DNA of 64,000 nt from Octopus vulgaris (lineage: Eukaryota), in contig OX597818.1 in the NCBI GenBank assembly GCA_951406725.2, positions 76,260,001 to 76,324,000 of the forward strand. Reading direction: 5' to 3'. This document shows, piece after piece, positions 1 through 16,762 of the stretch (position 1 is the first letter of the stretch; each line of letters opens with the position of its first letter). The notes beneath the pieces were generated by a model. It searched no databases, was not told where the DNA came from, and worked only from the letters and a program-made list of their open reading frames with translations. The position numbers and the translations under genes are program-made.

Positions 1-678
1 TATTTTCCATATAGTTCATTGAAGTGTTTTTGCTGTTTTGTTTTGTTTTGTTTTGTTTTTTTTAGTTGGGGCAAGATATTGGAAAACTGTGAGTACTGGA
101 TTTTTAAGTTGTTGCAGTATTATGTCTTAATTTTTGATGGGGAGGATGGGACCAAACATATTCTACTATAATTGCTTATGCGATGTGATTTTTGATACCA
201 AGGTTTTGATGCTAGCTCTTTCAGGATCCTCCTTGTTCTGAATGATATCAGAATCCCTCCGGCTAGTCTTCGAGAGGCTCAAACGCTTCACTGAGGTAGT
301 AACGTTGGATTGCTTCCCGTTACGTCATTAGTTTCATTCTATTTGTCGATTGCAATTGTGAGCAATAGAAAAGTCGGCTGAGAGTAAAAGTTTTCCACAG
401 AGACCATGGTCTCTTGTTCTGAATGATCTCAGAATCCATCTCGCTAGTCTTCGACACCTCCTTGCCATTTTTAGTAATATGTGCATGAAATAATTCATCA
501 ATACTTATCTTAATCCTCTCCAAGTTATGCACTGACTGTTAATCTAAGACCACCATGCCTTCTAGTCCTGCTTATTTCGACAGCGGTGTGTCCTCAGGTG
601 TTAGCGATGTGAATGTAATTTCCAGTATTACATGTATGTTGCTTTATTCTTCAGCCCACTTGTATATTTCATTTAGAT

Positions 679-976
679 CAGTGTTTCTCAACCATTTTTT
701 AGCTATGGACCTCTTCGATTCCTATTTTACTTGTGTGGACCCCCATAGCCATTCACGGTTTTTAAAATCCTATTGTATTTTTATAATTAAATATTATTAG
801 GACTTATATAAAACTTGTGAAAATATTTTGTGCATTGGGGACGTATAAACAATTTATTGCACATTAATTTTACTGGTCTGAAGCATAGATTTTTCATGGT
901 CCCTGAAAAATTACCATGACCTCCAATTTACTTTAATGCATCCAAAATCTTATATGGACCCCGGTTGAGGACCCTG
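679..976. mobile_element. hAT (Charlie-like) MITE
   Basis: Termini CAGTGTTTCTCAACC (679) and GGTTGAGGACCCTG (976) are imperfect inverted repeats of the hAT/Charlie type. They are flanked by 8-bp ATTTAGAT / AATTAGAT (TSD, 1 mismatch, central TA). Confidence 0.75.
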
Positions 977-1260
977 AATTAGATGATGCAGCATGTTTGT
1001 AACATTATCAGGATTTTTGATTGCTTATGATACTTCCATACCATCAGTATAGCAGCTAGTGAGAGTGACTGTCAGTATGACTGAAGGTATGCCGGAGAAA
1101 ACCCATTACGAAAAGCAATGCCTGAAGAACGATTCTGCTCTAAATTAATATTTCCTTTCAGATAGCACCGTGGGCTACAACTGCTTGATTCTTACATTCT
1201 ATAAAGCGCAGAGCTGTGTGATATCTCTACCAAGATTTCTCTTTCCTCTCAGAACGAAAG

Positions 1261-1329
<69 letters not shown>

Positions 1330-1694
1330 TAATATTTGGAAAATCGCTCGAAGAAATTGCCGGTATTTTTTTTGCTGCCGACAAAAAACTGCACTTGCAC
1401 GATGGATTTTAAAAATTAAAATGTATAAGCAAGATGCACATGCTGGATTCACTTCGTACTTATATGTTTAATCTTGGCGTACCTGTTGACGAAGACATCG
1501 CCTAGCAAAATATTTTATTTCCTAAAAGAATCTGAAAAAATGGTCCAGGAAATAGATGGTAAATGTTTTAATTTTTCATTCCCTTCGGGATTTTATCCCC
1601 AGATTAGTAGTTTGAACGTTAGCTGTTCCTTCTAGCGTAAGGGAGTCCTATGATGGACACCTTTTAATGTGTTTAAATGTACATTGTATTTTAT

Positions 1695-1781
<87 letters not shown>

Positions 1782-2377
1782 TACATACAAATTTTTCGAT
1801 CAAAACTACTGCGAGTTAACATGAGATCCCTTGACGACAATGTAACTTTCATTTGACTAAGATATCTTTGGCCTGATGAGCAGCTACCGGAGTACCCCTT
1901 ATTGAATAAGTATTGCTTCCAAGGTTCTACTAGCTAGGAAACATATGTACCTTCGATTTTACCTACTCCATTCCCTAAATTTGGATTTTTATTCGCATAC
2001 ACTGCAAACCCAGTTGGTAATCGTGAGCTTTAAATAACTTTTTTAGCTTATCGAACTTCGATATGGGAAAAATTTCCAACCTTATATATCAATAAATCAT
2101 TATTGTTCCTGAACGTTGTTTTTTATACCTTCTCCGGACTACTTTAAGCTTACTAACCTTCTTCACCAGGATCCTTGGATCTCACTTTTACATATACATA
2201 CATACATACACACACATATATATACATATATGTATATATACATATATGTATATACATACATACACACACACATATATACATATATGTATATATACATATA
2301 TGTATATACATACATACACACACACATATATATATATACATACATATACATTTATATATATATATGCATATATGTAT

Positions 2378-4592
<2,215 letters not shown>

Positions 4593-4893
4593 ATTTACAT
4601 AAGAGAAATCTATATGATTATATTTTCTATCTAAAGTGTTTTATTGTTTTCGAGTGATGCCAGATGTTTGCTTTTTCATTTTATACTTTAATATATATCT
4701 ACCAGCTCAGGGAGTAACAACTTCTAGCCGCCCTCGATAAGCAGTCTCAACACCATGCTTTTCAGTTGCAGTCCTAGCCGGAGTTTTAGTGGTAAACCAA
4801 ACTCATAGTACATAACTATTACATTACGCCAGCTGACGAAAATTCCTTGTATATTATATACATATCCAGACACACCAAAGCATGTGGTATTTC

Positions 4894-4926
<33 letters not shown>

Positions 4927-4928
4927 TG

Positions 4929-5008
<80 letters not shown>

Positions 5009-5022
5009 CATACATACATACA

Positions 5023-5070
<48 letters not shown>

Positions 5071-5246
5071 AATGTATATGTATGTATATATATATGTGTG
5101 TGTGTATATATGTGTGTGTGTATATATATATATGTGTATATATGTATATATGTGTGTATGTATATATATACATATATATACATATATATATATACACACA
5201 CACATATATACACACACACATATATATATATACATACATATACATT

Positions 5247-5292
<46 letters not shown>

Positions 5293-5302
5293 TGTATGTA
5301 TG

Positions 5303-5422
<120 letters not shown>

Positions 5423-5444
5423 CATACATACATATATACATACA

Positions 5445-5490
<46 letters not shown>

Positions 5491-5491
<1 letters not shown>

Positions 5492-5688
5492 GAAGTCTTT
5501 GGACAAATCCCTTCAAACAGTACCGGACAAACCATCCACACCCGGATATGTCTCCGCAAACAATAACTCTCTGCTCGAATGGGCCTTGGTGCCCAAATCC
5601 TGAACTGAAAGACTTCGCCAGGTGGTGCTATTAAGTTAGACATGGCCTGGGCCAATACTGGCCAAAAACCTTTCTAAGTTATTCTAAG

Positions 5689-5689
<1 letters not shown>
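5491..5689 (+). mobile_element. 3' terminal fragment of a CR1/L2-group LINE
   Basis: Encodes [32 protein letters not shown], resembling the LD..L..VPD.P...NSL C-terminus also seen near 37000. It ends in a short TTCTAAGTTA repeat tail. Confidence 0.6.
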
Positions 5690-5754
<65 letters not shown>

Positions 5755-6049
5755 ATACATATATGCATATATATATATAAATGTATATGTATGTATATAT
5801 ATATGTGTGTGTGTGTATATATGTGTGTGTGTATATATATATATGTATATATATATATGTGCTCAAGGAGTAACAACTTCTAGCCGCCCTCGATAAGCAG
5901 TCTCAACACCATGCTTTTCAGTTGCAGTCCTAGCCGGAGTTTTAGTGGTAAACCAAACTCATAGTACATAACTATTACATTACGCCAGCTGACGAAAATT
6001 CCTTGTATATTATATACATATCCAGACACACCAAAGCATGTGGTATTTC

Positions 6050-6082
<33 letters not shown>

Positions 6083-6096
6083 TGTATGTATGTATG

Positions 6097-6355
<259 letters not shown>

Positions 6356-6372
6356 ATACATACATACATACA

Positions 6373-6405
<33 letters not shown>

Positions 6406-6706
6406 GAAATACCACATGCTTTGGTGTGTCTGGATATGTATATAATATACAAGGAATTTTCGTCAGCTGGCGTAATGTAATAGTTATGTACTATGAGTTT
6501 GGTTTACCACTAAAACTCCGGCTAGGACTGCAACTGAAAAGCATGGTGTTGAGACTGCTTATCGAGGGCGGCTAGAAGTTGTTACTCCTTGAGCTGGTAG
6601 ATATATATTAAAGTATAAAATGAAAAAGCAAACATCTGGCATCACTCGAAAACAATAAAACACTTTAGATAGAAAATATAATCATATAGATTTCTCTTAT
6701 GTAAAT

Positions 6707-6858
<152 letters not shown>

Positions 6859-7489
6859 ATACATATATGCATATATATATATAAATGTATATGTATGTAT
6901 ATATATATATGTGTGTGTGTATGTATGTATATACATATATGTATATATACATATATGTATATATGTGTGTGTGTATGTATGTATATACATATATGTATAT
7001 ATACATATATGTATATATATGTGTGTGTATGTATGTATGTATATGTAAAAGTGAGATCCAAGGATCCTGGTGAAGAAGGTTAGTAAGCTTAAAGTAGTCC
7101 GGAGAAGGTATAAAAAACAACGTTCAGGAACAATAATGATTTATTGATATATAAGGTTGGAAATTTTTCCCATATCGAAGTTCGATAAGCTAAAAAAGTT
7201 ATTTAAAGCTCACGATTACCAACTGGGTTTGCAGTGTATGCGAATAAAAATCCAAATTTAGGGAATGGAGTAGGTAAAATCGAAGGTACATATGTTTCCT
7301 AGCTAGTAGAACCTTGGAAGCAATACTTATTCAATAAGGGGTACTCCGGTAGCTGCTCATCAGGCCAAAGATATCTTAGTCAAATGAAAGTTACATTGTC
7401 GTCAAGGGATCTCATGTTAACTTGACGTTATATGTACATATATACATACATATTATACATACATACATACATACATACATACATACATA

Positions 7490-9293
7490 AATGTCTTGCA
7501 AACAACTTGCATATGCAAGTGCTACCAGTCGAGAATTCCCATACCGGGGCCTACCTCTCGACGGCATCAATACACACCGCCACCCTCCTTACTGATATGA
7601 TGGCCCGCTTGCTAGATCAACTGGGTATTAACTATAGCTCAATATTTCTCTAGCCATCGCTCATCATCTCTTTTTAACCAAATCCAGTGGCTAGCCTTCT
7701 CCACTGTAGTTTGGATATTGTTCATGGTGGTATTTACCTTACCATGAGTTAGGCATAACGATAACAACAGTCGTTTCACACTGTGTCCAACAAACCATCT
7801 ACATCCGACTTCGATTTGAAAATACTTTGCTTTCTAGCCTGCGTCTTCATATTCCTCGAGGAGGTTTAATAACTGTCAATATTTCGAGCCCGAGCGGCGT
7901 CCATGTTATCTTCATGAGGAACCGTTAACTCGACTAGATTTACAACTTTCTTCCCTTCACACCACATTAAAATGTCCGTTTTTGTTTTTCGTAACTGGGA
8001 TGGGAAAGAGTCCCTGGCACCCTGGTAAATCTACAGTCACCTCCCAATAGCCGTTCCATTTTTCATCTCTCACAGGAAGTTTCTTGTTCTCTTGAAACAG
8101 ATCCGCTGACGTGAGCGTAGGATGGTAATGAAATCTCTAGTTGGTATTTTCAACGGTTTTTTCTCACTGTTGTTGAGATCAATTTGGTTCTTTATAGCAT
8201 TGAAGATAACCTTAAGGACCAGATTGTGTCTCCATGTATACCTGTTCAATGCTAATGAACAGTTGGGAAAGAATATGTTTCAGTCTTCCGACTTTTCCGC
8301 ATTTGCATATATCATTCCATGAGACGTTCCATCCTACAGATTTGCAGGTGATGGCAAAACATCATAGGATGAACGAATCAGAAAACTTAGCCGAGATGTG
8401 GTCCACTTTCATATCTCATCCCAACTTATTTTCCTGTCATGTTCTTCCCATCTCGTCACCTGTCCTTGTTGAATACATTGGATCAAATGAAGTTCTCTTC
8501 TCTCTTCTTCTCTCGTCTTGACGCTGTTGCTAACAACAGATCTGCGTTCTCTCCGCATCATACTCGCAAACGGTCTGAACTGATCTGCACCAAAACCAAG
8601 TCTATTTCCGATGGTTTTGCGTTGCATCTACCATATCTCTTTGTGTAAGAGAAGACAAGCTGTCATCAGTCTCTGCTTCTGCTTTCCACTTTCTGGTTGT
8701 TTTCATCTCTGGTGGGTTACGCCTGATTTCCATGTCCTTCGATTCTCTCAGCATCATCACCGTCCGTATCTTCACCAGTTTATATATTTCGACTATTGAC
8801 GCAAGTGGTAACTGCAACGAACTTCTCTTACAATAAAGAGCTGAACTGTTCAACATCCGAGGTAGGCCTAGCCACTTTCTAATGAACAAATTACATTTTT
8901 GTTCAACGATCTGAACTCGTGACAAGGCTACCTCGTATATTAAAAGTGGCCGCGAAAGTTGCGGGTACAAGCCGAACTGAAAGCACCAAATTTTATAGTT
9001 ACCTGGTAACTTCAAGTTATCAATCGCTGATAATCCAGTCTCGGCTTGTTTCATAATTTCCATCCCACGACTTCTGTCTGACAGTGTTCCAGCGTATACT
9101 CGCTCCAAGCTCATGACGATTCTTCTTTGACTGTTGGAATGCTTTCTTCAGCTATTCGAAACTTAACAAATGTCAGACTACGCGATTTTTTGCTCTAAGC
9201 CGCATCCTTGACCACCTCACAAGTTCGTCTAGTCTCAAGAGGGCATTCTGCATGATTTGCTTCTCTGTAGCTAGAAGTGGCACGTCATCCATG

Positions 9294-9296
<3 letters not shown>
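7490..9296 (-). mobile_element. 5'-truncated, frameshifted RLE-type non-LTR retrotransposon (HERO/NeSL-like)
   Basis: FMDD RT motif at ~9284-9295. ORF 8602-9114 has KIWCFQFGLY..L...L.IYE...KWLGLP...LY.....LQLP. Downstream are QGQVTRWE, a NCSLALNRYTWRHN zinc-knuckle/RHN region (~8200-8280) and an endonuclease VELTVPHE motif (~7900-7950). Confidence 0.85.
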
Positions 9297-9333
<37 letters not shown>

Positions 9334-9668
9334 ATTACTAAGCAGATATATAGTTACTAAATGTCACTTTAACCTCCTATACCAGTTGCCGTTGAACCAA
9401 TGTCTAATTTACTTTTGAGTTCGTTATATTGAAACTGTTTAATCCAAGTTGAGCTAAAAATACAAAAATAAACGCAAAACAATGAAACAAAAATATACTA
9501 ATCAACATTAAACAAAAATAAACAAATATAATACAGTTAAAGTCTTCCTGAAATAAATAGAAATTATCTAACTTTCGATCTACACACACAAACACGCGCA
9601 CACATACACACATGGATGCATACATCCATATATACATACATATATAAGTACGTACATATAAATATATG

Positions 9669-9740
<72 letters not shown>

Positions 9741-9851
9741 CATATGTATATATACATATATCTGCCTATATATGAATCTATCTATCTATATACATATATA
9801 TGTATATATATGTATCTCTCTCTATCTCTATCTCTCTCCCTCCCTCTCTCT

Positions 9852-9941
<90 letters not shown>

Positions 9942-10617
9942 AGAACTGCTTTAAATTTGTTCTTCCGTGGATAAAGAATAAAGGATATTTAATGAAATTG
10001 CTTCAAGCTGTGAAATACGGCCTAATGGTTAAAATATTCTGGAATGGTTAAATATTTTGGAATCATGTTCTTATAACTATAGAAAAGAGTTGATGCAGAA
10101 TAAACGATGGGATATAGTTAAGTTAGATTAGTGAATAGATTTCTTTTTGTTTCCAAGGAATATGACAGCGAAGTTGTTTCTGTAGAGAAAAATAAAACAA
10201 AACAAACTGTAGAAACGGTGGGATTTCTACAATGCTTTAGTTAGATTGCGAAGCAATTAGATTATATAAATTCCATTATGGTAAAAATGAGGGGTGAGAC
10301 GAGGGGTTGAACGGGTACAAAGAGCTAGGGAAAAAATCTCCAAAACTGGTGGTGGTTGTGGCAGTGGCGGTGACGGCAGTGATGGTGGCAGCAGTGGTAG
10401 CAGTGACAATGGTGGCGATAGTAGTGATGGTAGCGGTGGTGGTGGTGATGGTGGTGATGGAGGTGATAAGGGTAGTAGAAGAAGTAACAGGGAGAATGAG
10501 ATGTTAAAGAAGAAAAGGAATAAGAAGGAAGAAAGTAAAGGAGGATGAAAAAGCAAAAGGAGAAAGAGAGTAAGAAGACGAAGGAGGAAGAAAGAAGAGC
10601 TGAATAAAAAGAATGGA

Positions 10618-10619
<2 letters not shown>

Positions 10620-10676
<57 letters not shown>

Positions 10677-10678
10677 TG

Positions 10679-10709
<31 letters not shown>

Positions 10710-10714
10710 TAATA
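10620..10714. repeat. (AAT)n microsatellite after a GGT/GAT-rich low-complexity tract
   Basis: Directly visible tandem repeat. Confidence 0.95.
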
Positions 10715-10995
10715 TGGACTAAAGTGGGGTAGAATAGCAGCATAATTCCATAATAGCGATACTTACATTTTTATCAGAATTCTATTAGAATTCCATTAAT
10801 ATATCGGGAATATCATGATAATAGAATTATGTTACATGAAAATTCTATTATATCAGTGGAAAGCCATGAGATAATGTTATTAACACAAAGGGTTTACTTT
10901 AGTAAGTTACAACGACCTAACTAGCGATGTGAGACATATTTCATTAAAAAAAAAACACTCAGTTAAATACTGAAATACTGAAGTCAACAATTAAA

Positions 10996-11044
<49 letters not shown>

Positions 11045-11140
11045 TGTATATATATATATATATATGCATGTATATATATATATATATATATGCATGTATA
11101 TATATATGTATATGTATGTATATATATATATATGTATATG

Positions 11141-11180
<40 letters not shown>

Positions 11181-11362
11181 CACATATATATACATATATA
11201 TATAAACATATATATATACGTATATATACATATACATACATATATATATACACATATATCTATCTATCTATATATATATATACATGCGTAAATATATATA
11301 TACACATATATCTATCTATCTATCTATATATATATATATATATATATATATCTACCTATCTA

Positions 11363-11398
<36 letters not shown>

Positions 11399-11476
11399 TA
11401 AATATATATATATATATACACACGAAAAAATAGATAGATATACACATATACACATATATAAACTATTTATATGATA

Positions 11477-11532
<56 letters not shown>

Positions 11533-11801
11533 TATCTCTGTGCTTATGTATATGTATACATTGAAACAGTTATACGAACGTATGGATACATTTATATATA
11601 TGAACATACTACATATGCATATATGTATGTATGTATATATACACACACATATACATATGAATTTGTGCATATATTTCAATCTACTTCTCTTTTCTTTTCA
11701 CACACACATACACACGCACACACAGACACACCCCCATCTCTGTATTTACATACATACTTACATACCTGCATGCATATGCCTGCGTCTTGATTATTGGGTA
11801 A

Positions 11802-11842
<41 letters not shown>

Positions 11843-12232
11843 TATATATAAATACACACACTTACCCAAGTATCCACACGCAGATATATATATTTAACGT
11901 AAGAGAGAAATATAAATTAACAGAATTTTGTGCAATAGCAGAAACAACAATAGCAAATACACTTTTATATTACAATAATTTATTCACAACAAACAAAGGA
12001 GCATTACTGTAATTAACAGCTTCGCTCAAATGACATTTTGCATCTAATTCTTATTCCATATCTATCAATCAGTCAGTCATTCAATGAATGAATGAATCAA
12101 TGTGTGTATGTATGTATGTATGTATGTATGTATGTATGTATGTGTGTGTGTATGTATGTATCTATCTATCTATACATACATATATGTGTACATACATACA
12201 TACATACATACATACATACATACATACATACA

Positions 12233-12269
<37 letters not shown>

Positions 12270-12699
12270 GTCTATGTGTGTGTCTGTATTTGTTCGTAAG
12301 AGCGACCATAGAAGTGTCAGGATCGTCTCTGGTGGTGTACTAATAGATTGGGGCTGTGAACACACGGACGATCCTTAGAGATGGACGGACCGTTTCAGCA
12401 GTGTCCTGATCCGCTCCATCTAACCCCGTCATCACGTTGACAATGAAACAGAAATAGGACACTTGTTCCAGTCATGAATCGACATGTCAGTTGCTGTGTA
12501 TGAAGTAAAGAAAATCCTAGATGAGGTATCTAATGTATATGTCTTCTGCATCAATTACCATTTTAGCCGAGATCTACAATATTAGCAGTCCTCACTTGAT
12601 CTCAAGCCTCATCGAGCACTTTCACTTATTGTGGCACCAAGAGAACATTGCAGCTGAGTTTAAGGTTGTCTCACTAGTCCATATCTAAAAGAAGAAAGG

Positions 12700-14400
12700 A
12701 AATTGTTAATGCTACAATAAGCACTGGAGTATAATCTCGGGCAGGGAAGATTCTCGTCAGAGTAATTTTGAGCCAGCTAATTGTCGGCTTTGAGCAGAGT
12801 TTTCTGCCTGAGAGCCAACACCCTTTCAGAGAGGTCATGATACAATTGTTATTATGCTTGTAACCTGTTAACTTCAGGAAGAGTTGTGTCATCAGCATCT
12901 TAATTTCTATAAGACACTTGACTTTACAAAGGCATTTGACCAAGTACGGGTATCCCGAAGAGTTTATTGTCCCGATACGTCATTGACTGAGAAGATTTGT
13001 CAAGTTACGTCGATGAAAGTGTTCGCCGTCATAATATTGTGAGCTTTTCAACATGTTTTCAACGACGGCTCCTTTAATATTTACATATAGGAAGGCGGCG
13101 AGGTGCCAGAATCGTTAGCACACCGGGCAAAGTGTTTAGCGGTATTTCGCCTATCTTTACGTTCTGAGTTCAAATTTCGCCCCGTCGACTTTACCCTTCA
13201 TTCTTTCGAGGTTGATAAAATAAGTACCAGTTGAGTATTTAAACCGATGTAATAAATTTATCCTCTCCTCTGAAGTTGTTGGCCTTGTGCCAAAATTTGA
13301 AACCAATATTTACATATATGGTTTTTACCTGAGGCGATCTTGGTGATCTAACAATTACCTTGTCCATTGTAGATAGTACAGAAACTTCATTTTGGGGTTT
13401 AAATGTTTGTTCTTCGAGACCAGTTTTGTCACTCTTCCAAATGTTGAATGAACTGTGCAATTCCGTGTTTCCACATCCTTTTCCGAAGTACATTTCTTAG
13501 AAAGAATAATTCCAAGAGAAGGAAAGTGGTCAACTTGTTCGAGAGACATATCAGAGAGAGTGATGTTGAAATCAGAGAAGTTGGTTTTCAGAGTTGGTTG
13601 GCCGAGGTCTTTAATCTTAATATTCACTACGAATTCGAAGCGACCATTTGCACTAATATAGCTATTGAACGACATCTGGAGATGCTGAGATAAGTGATAG
13701 AGAGTAAAGCTGTCATCAGTGTATGGCTGAAAATAGCATTACTATCTGTTTAGTGACGCTCTGAGATGTGTGGGATGTTAGTAAATCGATGAAATAGAAA
13801 TCTAGTTGTGTTAAATAATTTTCCGCCAAAGCAGTATTTGATGCCTAGGCTCAAATTGCCTGGACAAAATTTTAAAAGTATTGCAGATAAGTATAAGAAG
13901 AGCGTAGGTGCAAGAACGTATCCCTGTTTTAGTCTACATGTAATTGAGAACTGTATGTGTATGAAAAGTTATCATGTATTCGTAGTTATCTACTACTCTG
14001 GAAATAAGGCCGATATTGCATAAGCCCTTATATGCTGTAGGGAATGTATCGCAAGTGGAAGCAGTGACCTTCTGAAAGGGACTCCAGTCGTCGTCGACGA
14101 TCAGCTGGCTTGATTGTTCTGGAAAATTTTAAGCCCAGGAACTATGGACCTCTTAAAGAATGGCCCACTGTCTCTCTTTGACAAAGAGAGGGGGGTAATT
14201 TTTCTTCTGATGTTTGAAAGATTGAGTATACAGATCTTTGTCTCCAAAGCCAAACTTCATCAAAGTTTTCCAGTAAAACGTGAAATGGAAGATGCATAAG
14301 CGGAGAAAGTAGTCTTGTACATCTGCCTAATGAAACGTAAGTACAATGGGTAAAACTGGGGCGTCGAATTTTGAAATCTTGTAGTACAATCGACTGGGGT
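12700..14400 (-). mobile_element. Highly decayed RTE-clade LINE relic, interrupted by a SINE
   Basis: ORF 13355-13675 LEQVDHFPSLGIILS......DVETR.....STFGR is a typical RTE RT C-terminus. A YTDD-like motif lies at ~13710 and GYVLAPTLF at ~13900. There are many stops and frameshifts. Confidence 0.7.
13093..13310 (+). mobile_element. tRNA-derived SINE, family B (GGCGGCGAGCTGGCAGAA... head)
   Basis: A-box-like head, B box GAGTTCAAAT and a central GTCGACTTT.CCTTCAT.CTTTCG.GGT.GATAAAATAAGTACCAG block. There are more than ten related copies in the window. Confidence 0.85.
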
Positions 14401-14589
14401 GCAAGAATACCAGAGGCAGAAGATGATCAGAAGCGTGAGGTACCTCGATATTCCTAAATAAAGGTACCACCACTTTTGTGGGTGTAGATGGTACCACTCC
14501 CACATCCCCTTTTCTCTTCATCATTTTATATGATCCCCCACTCCCATTAAATTGTAAATTCTCTTTGTAGTATGCCCTTCAAATAGAAG

Positions 14590-14777
14590 AAATCATCATC
14601 ATCAGCAGTAGTAGCTTCGTCGTCATCTCCATCATCTTCCTCCACCTCATCATCATTGTCATCATCATCAGTAGGAGTAGTTGTCTGTGGTGGTAGCATT
14701 GATAGTAGTACTAGATGGTAACGACAATGGCGGTGGTGATGGTAGTAATAGTAGTGGTAGTGGTGGTGGTGGTGGTG

Positions 14778-14832
<55 letters not shown>

Positions 14833-15201
14833 CAGCAGCAACAGCAGTAGCAGTAACAACAGCAGCAACCACAACAGCAACAGCAGCAGTAGTAGTAATG
14901 CTAATAGCTCTTGAAATAGTGGTATTCATAATGGAAACCAAAGTGAACGTGAGAACGGTTGAGAAATTATCAAAAGTAACGTGTAAACCACGTGACAGTA
15001 TTAGTGTTGATAATGTTTCTGTCGCCGTCAACTACAACCCCCTCTCCCATCATTATAGTAACTACTACTACAACCAAAACTATATCAACCACAACCATTG
15101 CTACCACTACCATTATCACTTTTACAATCACTGCAACCACCACATTGTTAATCATTACAACTACTACTACCATTATTAATTCATTAACCACCACCACCAC
15201 C

Positions 15202-15233
<32 letters not shown>

Positions 15234-16020
15234 CAACAACACTATCACCAGTATCGCTAAACCACTGTTACTATTACCATCATATCGTTAATATCAGAAT
15301 TATCACCTTCGTATTACCGTCGCCACCATCACTAGCAGCAGCACCACCACAATTGCGACAAGTGTATTAACCACAACTATCACCTCAACAGCCACCATTA
15401 CCAATATCTCCACTCCTACTGCCACTCCAGTATCAGCCATTATTACTCCCTAACGCGCTATATTGAACACACCACCGTTACCACCACCACTACCACCACC
15501 GCCGCCATCACCACCACGACGACCACCGCCGCCGCCATCACCATCACCATCATAAATAATGATGGTAGCTGAAGTGGTGGTGGTGGCCATCGCGGTAGTG
15601 GTGGTGGTGGCGGTGGTGGTGGCGGTGGTGGTGGTGATGGTGGTGATGTGGTGGTTGCGTTGATTGTAATACTTGTTAACGTAATGGTGGCGATGGGGTG
15701 GTGGGGGTGGTAATGATGAAGGTGGTGATGGTGATGATAGTGATGGTGGTGATGATGATGATGGTGGTGGTGGTGGTTGTGGGGGTTGTGTTGATTGTAA
15801 TATTTGTTAACGTAGTAGTGGTAGTTGTAGGGATAGCGTTGACCATGATGTGATGGAGATCGTAGTGGTAACAGTGATAGCTTTAGTGGGTAGTGATGGC
15901 GGTGATGGTGGAGTTAACCTTGTTGATGGTGATGTGATCGTGGTAGCGGTGGTGCTGGTAGTAGTGGCGGTGGTGGTTGTGAAAGTAGTTATAATGGTAG
16001 AAGTGGTGAAAGTATTGTCC
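14590..16020. repeat. Compound trinucleotide low-complexity region (CAT, GGT, AGT, CAG, ACC, AAC)
   Basis: Directly visible; it produces the poly-V/T/L/G/S pseudo-ORFs. Confidence 0.9.
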
Positions 16021-16124
16021 CTATAACCTTTGAATGGATGCGTACGGGAAAACATGGTGGTTAATACTTCAGTAACGATAATTACATAAATATCATGTGT
16101 GTATGTGTACGTGTGTCTGTATGA

Positions 16125-16182
<58 letters not shown>

Positions 16183-16229
16183 ATGTACATATATGTCTGT
16201 GTATGTATATAAATGAATATATAAACATA

Positions 16230-16620
16230 GGTGCAGGCATGGCTACGTGGTAAGAAACTTGCTTCCCAGCCACATGGTTCGAGTTCAGTCCCACTGCGTG
16301 GCACCTTGAGCAAGTGTCTTCTACTATAGTCGCGGACCGACCAAAGCCTTGTGAGTGGATTTGGTAGATGGAAGCTGAAAGAAGTCCGTCGCGCGTGTGC
16401 GTGTGTGTGTGTATATGTGTGTGTATATGTATGTCTGTGTTAGTCCCCCAACATCACTTGATAACTGATGGTGATGTGCTTACCGGCTCGGCAAAAGAGA
16501 CCGATAAAATAAGTACTAGGCTTCCAAAGTATAAGTCCTGGGGTCGATTTGTTTGACTAAAGGCGGTGCTCCAGTATGGTTGCAGTCAAATGATTGAAAC
16601 AACTAAATGAATAAAAGAAT
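16230..16620 (+). mobile_element. tRNA-derived SINE, family A (GGCGCAGGCGTGGCTGTGTGGTAAG... head, internal microsatellite)
   Basis: A box TGGCT..GTGG, B box GTTCAGTCCC and the block GGCACCTTG.GCAAGTGTCTTCTACTATAG. It has an internal (GT/AT)n and a GAAACAA...AATAAAAGA tail; several copies occur in the window. Confidence 0.85.
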
Positions 16621-16650
16621 TAAAAAAAGTAGATACACACACACACACAT

Positions 16651-16700
<50 letters not shown>

Positions 16701-16762
16701 ATATACTTAATATTAAACGAAACAGCGTTGAATAAAAACATTTGGTGTAAAGTCATATTTAA

